64,000 nucleotides of DNA from Dehalococcoidia bacterium (GCA_965249325.1 CBDFLP010000017.1:1001-65000); one strand, 5' to 3'. Positions 19,071 to 28,775 are shown, numbered from the stretch's first letter. Made by a program: numbers and translations. The notes: generated by a model from the letters alone, not told the origin.

Positions 19071-19535
19071 ATGACGAGCTATTGGCTGTTCAAGTCCGAG
19101 CCCACCACCTACTCCTTCGACGATCTGGTTGCCGACGGCATCTCCGAGTGGGACGGCGTGCGCAACTTCCAAGTCCGCAACTGGCTGCGGGACGCAATCA
19201 AGCCGGGCGACCGGGTCCTCTTCTGGCATTCGAGCGCGAACCCCATCGGCGTGGTCGGGACGGCGACCGTCGTCCGCGAGGGCTACCCCGACCACACGGC
19301 GTGGGACCCGGACTCGGACCACCCCGACCCTAAGAGCACGCCCGACAACCCCATCTGGTGGATGGTCGACATCCAAGCCGACGAAAAGTTCAACGACATC
19401 GTCTCCGCCGACGACCTCAGGGAAGAGCCGGCCTTGGCCGACATGGTGGTGCTCAAGCGCGGCAACCGGCTCTCCATCACGCCGGTGACGGAAGCGGAGT
19501 TCGCGATCGTGGTGCGCATCGGGCAGAGCAAGTAG
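19071..19535 (+). CDS. EVE (PUA-like) domain protein
   Basis: 'YWLFKSEP..YSFDDL...WDGVRNFQVRNWLRD.IKPGDRVLFWHS' is the typical EVE signature. Confidence 0.85.
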   Translation: MTSYWLFKSEPTTYSFDDLVADGISEWDGVRNFQVRNWLRDAIKPGDRVLFWHSSANPIGVVGTATVVREGYPDHTAWDPDSDHPDPKSTPDNPIWWMVDIQADEKFNDIVSADDLREEPALADMVVLKRGNRLSITPVTEAEFAIVVRIGQSK

Positions 19536-19545
19536 TCCGAGCACC

Positions 19546-20505
19546 CTACCCTGCGAACTGAGACGCAACCTCTTGGGCGAAGCGCTCCATCATCCCCCGG
19601 TCGAACGGGCGCGGCGTCATCAGGATGAAGTGGTCCATCCCTGCGTCGACCCACCGCCCGACCTGCTCGGCGACCTCCGATGACGACCCCAGGAACATGC
19701 TGTCGCGCACTTGGTCCTCGGGGCTCGCGTAGTAGTCGGTGCGCTGGGTGGCGAGGCTCGCGCCCCGCGCGACGGTTGCCTCTATCGCCGCCTTATCGTC
19801 GGTCAGCTTGATCTGGATCTGGACCGAGTGGCGCATGGCTGAGAAGTCGCGGTCGGTCTCATCGCACACGGCCTGCATGCGGGCGAGGTTGACCTTCGCC
19901 TCCTCCAGCGGCGCAATCTGGTTGTAATCGTCGGCGTGCTTGGCGGCGATTCGGAGGGTCCGGTCTCCGCGTCCGCCGACGATGATAGGCGGGTGCGGCT
20001 GCTGGACCGGCTTGGGCATCTGCGGCGCCTCGTCCAGGCTGTAGTACTTGCCCTGGAAGCTGGCGGGCTCGTCATGCCAGATGGCCTTGATGACGGAGAG
20101 CGCCTCGTCCAGCCGTTCGGCGCGCTCGGGGAAGGGCGGGAACGGTATCCCGTGGACGTCAAACTCGTGCTTGACGTTGCCTGAGCCGATGCCCATCTCG
20201 GCGCGGCCGCCCGAGGCGTGGTCGATGGTGTTGACGATTTTGGCGGTCATAACGGGGTGGCGGAGATTGTTGTTGAGGACGAGCATGCCCAGACGGAGGC
20301 GCTTGGTGTGGCCGGCCATCGCCGCCATGACTGTGAGCCCTTCGAGCCGCGTAGGCGTCGCGCCCCGGCCCGGATTGATCTGCATGAGATGGTCCGACGG
20401 ATAGAAGCCGTGGAAGCCGAGCTCATCGCAGGTCTGGCATATCTCCAGAAAGTCGTCCCAGCCGAGCCCCGAACTCCCGCCTACGCTGAATAGCACCTTG
20501 CCCAC
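19546..20505 (-). CDS. Luciferase-like (LLM class) flavin/F420-dependent oxidoreductase
   Basis: 'FHGFYPSDHL', 'LRLGMLVLNNNLRHP' and 'GRAEMGIGSG' blocks. Paralog of the next gene. Confidence 0.85.
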   Translation of the reverse strand: MGKVLFSVGGSSGLGWDDFLEICQTCDELGFHGFYPSDHLMQINPGRGATPTRLEGLTVMAAMAGHTKRLRLGMLVLNNNLRHPVMTAKIVNTIDHASGGRAEMGIGSGNVKHEFDVHGIPFPPFPERAERLDEALSVIKAIWHDEPASFQGKYYSLDEAPQMPKPVQQPHPPIIVGGRGDRTLRIAAKHADDYNQIAPLEEAKVNLARMQAVCDETDRDFSAMRHSVQIQIKLTDDKAAIEATVARGASLATQRTDYYASPEDQVRDSMFLGSSSEVAEQVGRWVDAGMDHFILMTPRPFDRGMMERFAQEVASQFAG

Positions 20506-20625
20506 GGGTCGCCTCCTGATGTCTACGGGTCTCTTCCTGAATGTGCGGCCCAGCAGGGCCTGAGTGTGCGGCGCCGCAGGGATGATAGCGCGTCGCCCGT
20601 CCCAGGGCGATTGCGATGGCGCGGA

Positions 20626-21603
20626 TTAGCCGCCCTTGGCGAACGCAGGGGCCACCTTGGACATGAACGTCTCCAACGGCTCGCGGTTGAAGGGACGCGG
20701 AGTAGTCAGGATGAAGTGGTTCACGCCGGCTTCCATCCAGCGGCCCACCTGATCGGTCACCTCGTCCGGCGAGCCGATGAGACGCGAGTCGGCCACGTGC
20801 TCTCGGAGGTCGGCGTAGCCGGGGGCAACGTTGTGAGCGCCATAGTTGAAGTTTGCCACGGCATTGTCTATGACGGCGTCGGCCTCCGCCCTGCTCGATA
20901 CGAACGCAAAGGGGACCTGGACGGAGAAGCGCATGTTCGTGAGGTCGCGGCCCCTCTCTGCGGCGACGGCGCGGAAGCGCTCGATGTTGCGGGCGACTTG
21001 GCGAACGGGCGCTATCTGGTCCCAATCGTCCGCGTGCTTGACGGCGACGCGCATCGTCCGGCTGCTGATACCGCCGACGATGATGGGCGGGTATGGCTGC
21101 TGGGCGGGCTTTGGCATCTGCGGGGCGTCATGCAGGTTGTAGTGCTCGCCGTGGAAGGTGGCGGGCTCGTCGGTCCAGATGGCGCGGATGACGGAGAGCG
21201 CCTCGTCCATCATGGCGATGCGCTCGGCCGGCGGCGGGAACGGGAAGCCGTGTACGCGGTGCTCAGGCTCCGACCAACCGGCGCCCAGACCGAACTCGGC
21301 GCGTCCGTTCGAGGCGTGGTCGATGGTGTTGAATATCTTGGCGGTCATCACCGGATGGCGAAAGAGATTGTTGGCGACGAGGACGCCGAGGCGGAGGGTC
21401 TTGGTATAGCCGGAGACCGCGGCCATCGCCGTGAGGGCGTCGAGACGGTCGGGCGAGGGCCCCTTCCCGCCTTGAACGGTCATGAGGTGGTCGGAAGGGT
21501 AGAAGGCGAAATAGCCGGTCTCCTCGCAGGCCGTGCAAACGTCGAGAAACGCTTGCCAGCCGAGTCCTGAGCTTCCGCCGATAGAGAAGAGTGGAGTGTT
21601 CAT
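20626..21603 (-). CDS. Luciferase-like (LLM class) oxidoreductase, tandem paralog
   Basis: Collinear similarity to 19546..20505 ('FAFYPSDHL', 'LRLGVLVANNLFRHP', 'GRAEFGLGAG'). Confidence 0.85.
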   Translation of the reverse strand: MNTPLFSIGGSSGLGWQAFLDVCTACEETGYFAFYPSDHLMTVQGGKGPSPDRLDALTAMAAVSGYTKTLRLGVLVANNLFRHPVMTAKIFNTIDHASNGRAEFGLGAGWSEPEHRVHGFPFPPPAERIAMMDEALSVIRAIWTDEPATFHGEHYNLHDAPQMPKPAQQPYPPIIVGGISSRTMRVAVKHADDWDQIAPVRQVARNIERFRAVAAERGRDLTNMRFSVQVPFAFVSSRAEADAVIDNAVANFNYGAHNVAPGYADLREHVADSRLIGSPDEVTDQVGRWMEAGVNHFILTTPRPFNREPLETFMSKVAPAFAKGG

Positions 21604-21787
21604 GGACAGGGATGATAGCGGCTGGCGGGCCGGATGGGGGACCGGGAATCGTTAGCTCGCTCGCCGCGGGCGGAGCCTAGCGCCGCGGTTGAGGGGCCAT
21701 GCTCGTTGATGTAGGGTTCCGAGAGTTGCGCGGCGGCGCTTACGGCTCGATTCGGCCAGCGAGCGGGCTTTCTTGCGTCACGGAGGA

Positions 21788-23035
21788 ATGATGACGAGTA
21801 AGAGGCGGCTGGGGCTGGCGATGGTCGGCATCGGCGTCGGCGGGACAGAGATGCTTCCGGCGATGGAGGCGATGCCCGAGCTGAAGCTGGTCGCGGGGTG
21901 CGACGTCAACGAGGAGACCCTCAACCAGTTCAGCGCCCGCTATAACGCCAAGGGCTACGGCGACTACGACCAGATGCTCGCGGACCCGGAGGTGGAAGCT
22001 GTCTGGGTGTCCACGCCCAACCGGTTCCACGCGGAGCACTCGATACGGGCGATGGAGGCAGGGAAGCACGTCGTCGTCGAGAAGCCCATGGCGCTGGACC
22101 TCGAAGACGCGGAGAAGATGGTGGAAACAGCGAACCGGACAGGCGTGAAGTTCCTGGCCGGGCATACGCGTTCCTTCACCCCGCCCGTCCGAACGATGTG
22201 GAAGATCGTCCAGTCTGGAGAGATTGGCCGGGCGCGGGCAATCAACGCCTTCGCCTACACGGACTGGATGCTCCGGCCTCGCACCTGGGAGGAGCTCGAC
22301 ATGGCCCAGGGCGGGGGGCTGCCGATGCGCCAGCTGCCCCACCAGATCGACAGCGTCAGGCTGCTAGGCGGCGGTATGGTGAAGAGCGTGCGCGGCGCCA
22401 CGGGCCAGTGGATGCCGGAGCGTTCCATCCCCGGCTACTACGCGGCATTCTTGGAGTTCGAGGACGGCGCGACATCGCTGGTGTGCCACAACGGCTATGG
22501 CTACGTGATGGGCGCGGAGTTCGTCACGTGGGGCCACGACCGCCAGCGCTACACCGCCGAGGAGCGAGTCGAGGTGCGGCGGCAGATGCGGGAGGGCATC
22601 CGCGACGAGTCGGCCGACAAGCAGGCGCTGCGCATCGGCGGAATGCAGGAGCGCGAGATCTTCAAGGCGGAGAACGAGGAATTGTGGGTGCCAGAGGACC
22701 TCGGCTTGCTCATCGTAAGCTGCGAGCGCGGCGACATCCGCCACGGCCCGACGGGCCTGATCCTGTACGACGACCGCGGCACGCACAAGATCGACCTCCA
22801 GATCGACCGCGATATGGGCCCCGGCTACCGGAGGGCGGAACTCGAAGAGCTGTACGACGCGGTCGTCGACGACCGGCCCATCTTCCACACAGGCGAATGG
22901 GGGCTGGCGACGCTGGAAGTCGTGCTGGGCATTGTCCAGTCGGGAGCGGAGGGCCGCGAGATTCAGATGCGGCGTCAGGTCCCGGTGCATGAGCGCTACG
23001 GAGAGGCGAGGAACTTCTCGCCTATCTCGGTCTAG
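21788..23035 (+). CDS. Gfo/Idh/MocA-family oxidoreductase
   Basis: Rossmann N-terminus 'LGLAMVGIGVGG' and 'HVVVEKPMAL'. Start is uncertain (TTG 21773, ATG 21788 or ATG 21791). Confidence 0.85.
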   Translation: MMTSKRRLGLAMVGIGVGGTEMLPAMEAMPELKLVAGCDVNEETLNQFSARYNAKGYGDYDQMLADPEVEAVWVSTPNRFHAEHSIRAMEAGKHVVVEKPMALDLEDAEKMVETANRTGVKFLAGHTRSFTPPVRTMWKIVQSGEIGRARAINAFAYTDWMLRPRTWEELDMAQGGGLPMRQLPHQIDSVRLLGGGMVKSVRGATGQWMPERSIPGYYAAFLEFEDGATSLVCHNGYGYVMGAEFVTWGHDRQRYTAEERVEVRRQMREGIRDESADKQALRIGGMQEREIFKAENEELWVPEDLGLLIVSCERGDIRHGPTGLILYDDRGTHKIDLQIDRDMGPGYRRAELEELYDAVVDDRPIFHTGEWGLATLEVVLGIVQSGAEGREIQMRRQVPVHERYGEARNFSPISV

Positions 23036-23093
23036 CCGGTCTCGGTCTGGTCCGAGAGCATAAATATAAAAGCACGAATAAGGGGAGCGAGTC

Positions 23094-24353
23094 ATGACCA
23101 CCACTGAAGCAAAGCCACTGAAACTCGGAGTGATCGGCATTGGAGTCGGCGCGGCGGAGATGCTGCCGCCCATGGAGCGCGCCTCCTACATCGACCTGTT
23201 CGCCGGCGCGGACGTCAACCCGGATGTCCGCGAGCGGTTCAAGGCGCGCTACGAGGAGGCCCGCGTCTACGAGAGCGCCGAAGACCTGGTGCGCGACCCG
23301 GAGGTCGAAGCCGTATGGATTTCGACGCCCAATCGCTTCCACGCCCCGATGACCGTTCTCGCCGCCAACCACGGCAAGCACGTTGTCGTCGAGAAGCCGA
23401 TGGCCCTCGACATGCGCCAGGCCGAGGAGATGGTCGAGGCCTGTGAGAAGAACGGCGTGAAGCTGGTTGCGGGCCACACCCAGAGCTTCCAGCCCCACGT
23501 CCGCCTCATGCGCCAAATCGTCGCCTCCGGTGAGCTGGGCCAGCTCGGCGCCGTCAACGCCATCGCCTACACCGACTGGGTGATCCGCCCTCGCACCGCC
23601 GACGAGCTCGACCCGAACCAAGGCGGCGGCCTCGTCTACCGCCAGACGCCGCACCAGATCGACAGCATCCGCCTCATCGCGGGCGGAAAGGTGCGCAACG
23701 TGCGGGGGGCCTACGGGCAGTGGATGAAGTACCGCTCCATCCCCGGCTACTACGCCGTCTTCCTCGAGTTCGAGAACGGGGTCACCGGCGTCGCAATCCA
23801 CAACGGCTACGGCTACTTCGTGGCTTCGGAGCTCGTGTCGTGGGGGGACGCGAACACGCGCTACACGCCTAGCGAGCGGAACAACATCCGCAAGGCGATG
23901 GCGGCGGGCACGCGCCCCGAGGACGCCGAGAAGCTGTCGCTTCGCATCGGCGGCGAAGCGGAGTCTGCGATCTTCCGCAGGGAGCGCGGCCCCGAGAAGT
24001 GGAAGCCCAACGACCTCGGCATAGTCATCGTGAGCTGCGAGTTCGGCGAGCTGCGGCAGGGCCCCGAAGGCCTGTACAAGTACACCGACGATGGCCTGAG
24101 CGAGCTCATCGTCGACTCCGACCCGCTGCACCGCGACCAAGAGCTGGAGGAGCTCTTCAACGCCGTCAGGCTCGACCGCCCGGTGTTCCACAGCGGCGCG
24201 TGGGGCATGGCGACGCTGGAGGTCGGCCTGGCCATCAACGAGTCGACCAAGACCCACGAGCAGATCGAGCTGACGCACCAGATCGAGATGCCCGCGGCAT
24301 ACGACACCGAGTACAAGGTCGAGGTCCTCGAAGAGCGGAAGATCGACCACTAA
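23094..24353 (+). CDS. Gfo/Idh/MocA-family oxidoreductase, tandem paralog
   Basis: Collinear with the previous gene ('LKLGVIGIGVGA', 'HVVVEKPMAL', 'IPGYYAVFLEFENG'). Confidence 0.85.
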   Translation: MTTTEAKPLKLGVIGIGVGAAEMLPPMERASYIDLFAGADVNPDVRERFKARYEEARVYESAEDLVRDPEVEAVWISTPNRFHAPMTVLAANHGKHVVVEKPMALDMRQAEEMVEACEKNGVKLVAGHTQSFQPHVRLMRQIVASGELGQLGAVNAIAYTDWVIRPRTADELDPNQGGGLVYRQTPHQIDSIRLIAGGKVRNVRGAYGQWMKYRSIPGYYAVFLEFENGVTGVAIHNGYGYFVASELVSWGDANTRYTPSERNNIRKAMAAGTRPEDAEKLSLRIGGEAESAIFRRERGPEKWKPNDLGIVIVSCEFGELRQGPEGLYKYTDDGLSELIVDSDPLHRDQELEELFNAVRLDRPVFHSGAWGMATLEVGLAINESTKTHEQIELTHQIEMPAAYDTEYKVEVLEERKIDH

Positions 24354-24417
24354 GCGGGGGGCCGGCGCAAGCAATACTCAGACCACAGAAGTTCGAACAC
24401 GTGTAGAGGAGCAAACG

Positions 24418-25500
24418 ATGACTATCTCGGTTTCACACGGCGGCGGGTCCACGGTGCTATCAGCGGACGCGCCCAGCGACGAGGCGCTCATCGGCACGAT
24501 CGACGGAATCGTGCGGATCGTGCGCGGGAGCGCGGGATGGACGGCCACGGAGCGGACGCTGGAAGGGCTGCACATCCACGCGCTCGCCCAAGACCCTCGG
24601 AGCGGCGTCTGGTTCTGCGGCGTTGAGCACGGCGGCGTCTACGCCAGCGAGGACGACGGCCACACCTGGACGAAGCGCGACGACGGCATCACGGAGCAGG
24701 ACATCTACAGCCTCTCCGTCGCAGAGGTCGACGGCAAGACACGTGTGTTCGTGGGCACGGAGCCGGCTCACCTATACGTGAGCGACGACCTAGGACAGAC
24801 TTGGACGGAGAAGCCCGCCCTCCACGCCCAGGAAACCGGCGAGTGGCGGTTCCCCGGCCCGCCCCATATCGCGCACCTGAAGCACATCAGCTTCCGCCCC
24901 GGCGACACCAGCACGGTGTACGCCAGCATCGAGCAGGGCGGCCTCTACCGTTCGACCGACGGCGGCGACACGTTCGCCGAGATTCCCGGCATGTACAACG
25001 ACGTCCACCGGCTGGTGTCGAACCCGTCGGAACCCCAGCGGATGTTCGTGACTGGCGGCGAGGGTCTCTGGCTCTCACGGGACGACGGCGCCAGCTGGGA
25101 CAACGTGTTTAGCAGAGGAAGCGAGTTCGGCGGCTACCCGGACCAGCTCGTCTTCAAGCCGAGCGAGCCGTCCTACATGCTGGTTACCGCCGGCCAGAAG
25201 AGCCCCGGCAACTGGCATCGCGACGGTGCCGCCGAGACGCGCGTCTCCCGCAGCCGCGACGCCGGTGAGACCTGGGAAGTCGTGAGCGCGCCCGGTCTCG
25301 ACGACAAGCTCGTCCCAAGCATCGAGGCTATGACGCTGGAGGAGTCCGCCGACGCCGTACAGGTGTTTGCAGCCACGTCCCACGGCGAGGTCCTCTGGTC
25401 CGAGGACGGCGGCGACTCCTGGCAAAAAGCCGTCACCGGCCTAGCCCCCGTCTCAAAGGGCGGCCACTACAAGGCGTTCGTAGGCGATCCTCGGGTGTAA
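24418..25500 (+). CDS. Asp-box (BNR) repeat beta-propeller protein, no signal peptide
   Basis: Six SxDxGxTW-type boxes: SEDDGHTW, SDDLGQTW, STDGGDTF, SRDDGASW, SRDAGETW, SEDGGDSW. Confidence 0.8.
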   Translation: MTISVSHGGGSTVLSADAPSDEALIGTIDGIVRIVRGSAGWTATERTLEGLHIHALAQDPRSGVWFCGVEHGGVYASEDDGHTWTKRDDGITEQDIYSLSVAEVDGKTRVFVGTEPAHLYVSDDLGQTWTEKPALHAQETGEWRFPGPPHIAHLKHISFRPGDTSTVYASIEQGGLYRSTDGGDTFAEIPGMYNDVHRLVSNPSEPQRMFVTGGEGLWLSRDDGASWDNVFSRGSEFGGYPDQLVFKPSEPSYMLVTAGQKSPGNWHRDGAAETRVSRSRDAGETWEVVSAPGLDDKLVPSIEAMTLEESADAVQVFAATSHGEVLWSEDGGDSWQKAVTGLAPVSKGGHYKAFVGDPRV

Positions 25501-25530
25501 GCGAACCGCAGAGCGCTCACAGCTAAGCAA

Positions 25531-25567
25531 GCAAGAGAGGCCCCGGCAGCGCGCCGAGGCCTCTTGC
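25531..25567. terminator. Hairpin between convergent genes (gcaagag(a)ggcc ... ggcctcttgc) flanked by an A/T run
   Basis: Read directly. Followed by ATTAAAAAT on the + strand. Possible bidirectional terminator. Confidence 0.45.
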
Positions 25568-25608
25568 ATTAAAAATGAGCCTGGTTGGGCGTCGAGGGCA
25601 GACTCCCC

Positions 25609-26361
25609 CTACACGTTCAGATGCGCCCCGCCCGTCACCGGCAGAATCGCGCCCGTGATGTGCTTGGCGACATCCGAGGCGAGGAAGGCAATGGCTTCCG
25701 CTACGTCCTCTGGCTCGCCGATCTTGCCCATCGGCACGCGCCTCGCCATCGCCGCTTCGACCTCAGGCGTGATTTCGCCGACCATGGGAGTTGCCGTTGG
25801 GTCGGGAGCGACGCAGTTGACACGGATGCCGTCGCGGGCGTGGTCGATCGCCATCGCCTCGGTGAGGTTATGGACGCCGGCCTTGGCGGCCCCGTAGGCG
25901 GCGCGCCCCGCCGGGCCCCGGAAGCCGGATATCGCGGAGACGTTGATGACGACGCCTCCGCTGCCGCGCCGCTTCATGTCCAACACTGCGGCCCGCGCTA
26001 CGAGGAATGTGCCCGTGAGGTTGGTGTCGAGGGTGTCGCTCCAACGCTGAGGCGTGAGGTCGGCCACGGAGCCGGTGGCGCGGATGCCGGCGGCGTTCAC
26101 AGCGATATCCACGCCTCCGTAGAGCGCGACAGCCTGCGCGAAGGCCCTCTCGACCCCCTCTGAAAACCGGATGTCCGTGCTCACGAACGTCCCCACCCCG
26201 CCCGCCTCGCGTATCGCTGCGAGCGTCGCCTCGCCCGCCTCGACGTTGCGGGAGAGCCCGACAACGTTCGCGCCCTCGGCGGCAAGGAGGACGGCGGCCG
26301 CCTGTCCGATGCCGGAGCCAAAGCCGGTGACGACCGCCGTCTTGCCGTCGAAGCGTCCCAT
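25609..26361 (-). CDS. SDR-family oxidoreductase (FabG-like)
   Basis: 'TGFGSGIG' cofactor motif, 'YGAAKAG' catalytic YxxxK and 'NVSAISG'. The start overlaps the upstream stop (TGATG). Confidence 0.9.
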   Translation of the reverse strand: MGRFDGKTAVVTGFGSGIGQAAAVLLAAEGANVVGLSRNVEAGEATLAAIREAGGVGTFVSTDIRFSEGVERAFAQAVALYGGVDIAVNAAGIRATGSVADLTPQRWSDTLDTNLTGTFLVARAAVLDMKRRGSGGVVINVSAISGFRGPAGRAAYGAAKAGVHNLTEAMAIDHARDGIRVNCVAPDPTATPMVGEITPEVEAAMARRVPMGKIGEPEDVAEAIAFLASDVAKHITGAILPVTGGAHLNV

Positions 26362-27134
26362 CAGAGTGTCGGGAGCGGGTCGATTCTGCCCGCAGCAATC
26401 TCAGCGATGCGCGCCTCGTCCGGCGTCAGCCCGTACATCTCGGAGCGCATGCGGAGCCGTTCCGTGCATATCTCCATCAGCATCCGCAGGAGAGTCTCCA
26501 GCTCCTCGGGATCATCGAGCTCATTCTCGACGCTCTCCGCGCCGTGCTCCCCATGGCCGACCTCGTCGTCGTAGACAATCCGCGACGCCCGCTTGATGCG
26601 GAGCAGGAGCGAATCGTCTGTCTCAAGCGCCGCGCCTGCGTAGAAGATGCCCGCGCCGCCGCCCTCGGCGAAGTTGTAGGCGATATGGGCCATGCGCTCG
26701 TCCTCGGCGATGTGGCGGCTCCGCATCGCCTCGATGCGAGCGTCGCCGGGGAGGCGCAGGCCGTCCAGGTCCTTCATCAGCACCGGCTGCCCGGTGATGT
26801 CCTCCAGGATGTCGGCGAAGAGCCGGAAGTGGGTGAACTCTTGGCGTAGCGCCTCCAGCTGGTACTCCAGAGCGTCCCTGCCCTCCCTGGTCTCGGCCGC
26901 GGGGAGGCGGTCCCGCACGTTGTCGATGATCCACTGCGTCCGGCTGTGGGGCCGGGCGAGCAGACCGGGGCCGCGCAGCTCGCGGTAGCACTGGTGCCGC
27001 ATCCAGTAGACGTGGTCCAGGGGCTCGTGGGGCGCGGTGAGGAAGTTGCGGGCGATCTCGGCCTCGCCGGCCCAGAAGCGCTGCCCCACGGCGCGGATCC
27101 GGCTCTTCAGGTCGGCGGCGGTTGCGGTGGTCAT
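26361..27134 (-). CDS. Ferritin-like diiron-carboxylate-type protein, paralog B (uncharacterised)
   Basis: ATG at 27134 with AGGAGG upstream (MTTATAADL...). Motifs YRE, QEFTH (ExxH), FAEGGG and DEVGHGEH (ExxH). The 484-aa ORF-track N-extension is rejected. Confidence 0.75.
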   Translation of the reverse strand: MTTATAADLKSRIRAVGQRFWAGEAEIARNFLTAPHEPLDHVYWMRHQCYRELRGPGLLARPHSRTQWIIDNVRDRLPAAETREGRDALEYQLEALRQEFTHFRLFADILEDITGQPVLMKDLDGLRLPGDARIEAMRSRHIAEDERMAHIAYNFAEGGGAGIFYAGAALETDDSLLLRIKRASRIVYDDEVGHGEHGAESVENELDDPEELETLLRMLMEICTERLRMRSEMYGLTPDEARIAEIAAGRIDPLPTL

Positions 27135-27163
27135 GGCGCCCTCCTGGGGGGATTTCGGAGCGT

Positions 27164-27943
27164 CTAGCCTGCGGCGTAGACGTTGAGTGGCGCGATGCGC
27201 CCGTCCGTGACCTCGGCGATGCGCGCCTCGTTCACGGGAAGGCCGAACATCTCGTAGCGCATGCGGAGGCGCTGCTGGCAGATGGCCACGACGATCTCCC
27301 GCGCCTCGGCCCACTCCTCCTCCGAGTCCAGGCTGTGGCCGAGCTCCGACGCTCCGTGCTCGCCGTGCTCGGTCTCGTCCTCGAAGACGATGGCGCAGGC
27401 GGCGGCTATTCGGTCGGAGAGCGGGTCGCCACCGATCTTGCGGCCCTCGTAGAAGAACGACGCGCCGCCGCCCTCGGTGAAGCCGATAGCGGCCTCGCCG
27501 ACGCTCCCCATACCCTCGCGGGCGGACTGGCGCACCTGTTGGAGTTTCGCGTCCTCCGGCAGCTGCCAGCCGCGCAGCTTCTCCAGGCGCACGGGCTCGC
27601 CGACGGCGTCCTCCAGGATGTCGGCAAAGAGGCGGTAGTGGGTGAACTCCTCGCGCAGCACGCGGATGTCGCGCTCGAACTCGTCCCGCTGGGCCTTCGT
27701 CTGAGCCTCCGGCAGGGTCTGGGCGAGCCTTTCGATGAGGCCCCTGATGATGCCATCGGGGTGCCCGGCGAGGCCGGAGCCGAACATCTCCTTGTAGACC
27801 TGCAGGCGCAGCCATCGCGCCTGCTCATCGGTGGTGCGGGGCTCGCCCCAGAACTGACGGCATATCTCCGCCTCGCCCGCCCAGAAGCGCTGGGCCAGCT
27901 CGTTCATCTCGCCCGCCAGGTCACGTTCGCGCTGCTCGTCCAT
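27164..27943 (-). CDS. Ferritin-like diiron-carboxylate-type protein, paralog A (uncharacterised)
   Basis: Collinear with paralog B. Motifs YKE, EEFTH (ExxH), FTEGGG and DETEHGEH (ExxH). Confidence 0.75.
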   Translation of the reverse strand: MDEQRERDLAGEMNELAQRFWAGEAEICRQFWGEPRTTDEQARWLRLQVYKEMFGSGLAGHPDGIIRGLIERLAQTLPEAQTKAQRDEFERDIRVLREEFTHYRLFADILEDAVGEPVRLEKLRGWQLPEDAKLQQVRQSAREGMGSVGEAAIGFTEGGGASFFYEGRKIGGDPLSDRIAAACAIVFEDETEHGEHGASELGHSLDSEEEWAEAREIVVAICQQRLRMRYEMFGLPVNEARIAEVTDGRIAPLNVYAAG

Positions 27944-28018
27944 GCGCCCCTCCTACCCGGCCAAGCCTACGACGGGCAACCGCCACGGGCAAGCGCAGGG
28001 GAAGGCTCCCGACCCGCC

Positions 28019-28342
28019 TTAATCTGCGTTGACGTCCATGGGAAGGGGGACTCGTTGCGCGAGGACGTTTCGTTCGAACGCGCCGCCGATGGCCTTGAGG
28101 TCGACGAGGTCGACGGTATAGGGGAGGTCCGAGTCCTCGAAGGCATCCTCCAGGGCGGCAAGGAGCTTCTGGTCGAGCTTTGCGGGCCCTTCGAGCGCTA
28201 GGTCGAGGTCCGATGATCGTTTCGCGGCACCGCAGGCCCGGCTGCCGAAGACCCAGACCCTCACGCCGTGAGGCAGATGCGCCCGCAGAACCCGACGGAC
28301 CATATCGAGATGCCTGGCGGGGATGTCTACGGAGCTAGTCAA
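28019..28342 (-). CDS. MNT-type nucleotidyltransferase (HI0073-like; partner of a HEPN protein)
   Basis: 'VWVFGSRACGAAKRSSDLDLAL' is the GSx10-12DxD motif. Probable TTG start at 28342 overlapping the HEPN stop. An ATG at 28303 is the alternative. Confidence 0.75.
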   Translation of the reverse strand: MTSSVDIPARHLDMVRRVLRAHLPHGVRVWVFGSRACGAAKRSSDLDLALEGPAKLDQKLLAALEDAFEDSDLPYTVDLVDLKAIGGAFERNVLAQRVPLPMDVNAD

Positions 28343-28775
28343 CCGCCTCGTTCCTCTCATGGAGCCGGGCGAGAAGGTAGAGCGCGTCCTGAAGGAAGCC
28401 GGGAACACACTCGACGACCACCTGGGCCTTGTCCTCGTCATAGGTGTGACTGGTTGTGCCGCGATGCCTTCGGTACTCCCGCCAGACCGTGAGCTCGGAG
28501 AGGAGCAGTCCCTCTCCGTAGGCCTGCCTGATCACGCCGTCGAACGTGGCGTGCTGCATCTCGGCGGGATTGGGAGATATGGATTCGAGGCAACGCTTGG
28601 TCATCTTGAACGAGAGTTCGTAGGTAAACTCGAAAGCCTGCACCACCGCGGCCCTGAGATGCTTCTTCAGCTGAGGCGCTTACGGATTGCGGCTCGCCAG
28701 GTCCGAATCGTATAGCTGAAGCGCCTCTTCCAATTGGACGATGGCGTTCTCCAGCGGTGACAGGTCAAGTCTCAT
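28335..28775 (-). pseudogene. HEPN / nucleotidyltransferase substrate-binding protein (HI0074-like) with in-frame TAA at codon 32
   Basis: ATG at 28775 gives MRLDLSPLENAIVQLEEALQLYDSDLASRNP. A TAA at 28680-28682 follows. The same frame then continues APQLKKHLRAAVVQAFEFTYELSFKMTKRCLE... Confidence 0.7.

Noticed and set aside
26361-27815. 484-aa ORF-track model for the first ferritin-like gene.
   Set aside because: The N-terminal 227 aa are Arg/Gly/Pro-rich off-frame overlap with the upstream paralog. An internal ATG at 27134 with AGGAGG gives a protein collinear with that paralog.
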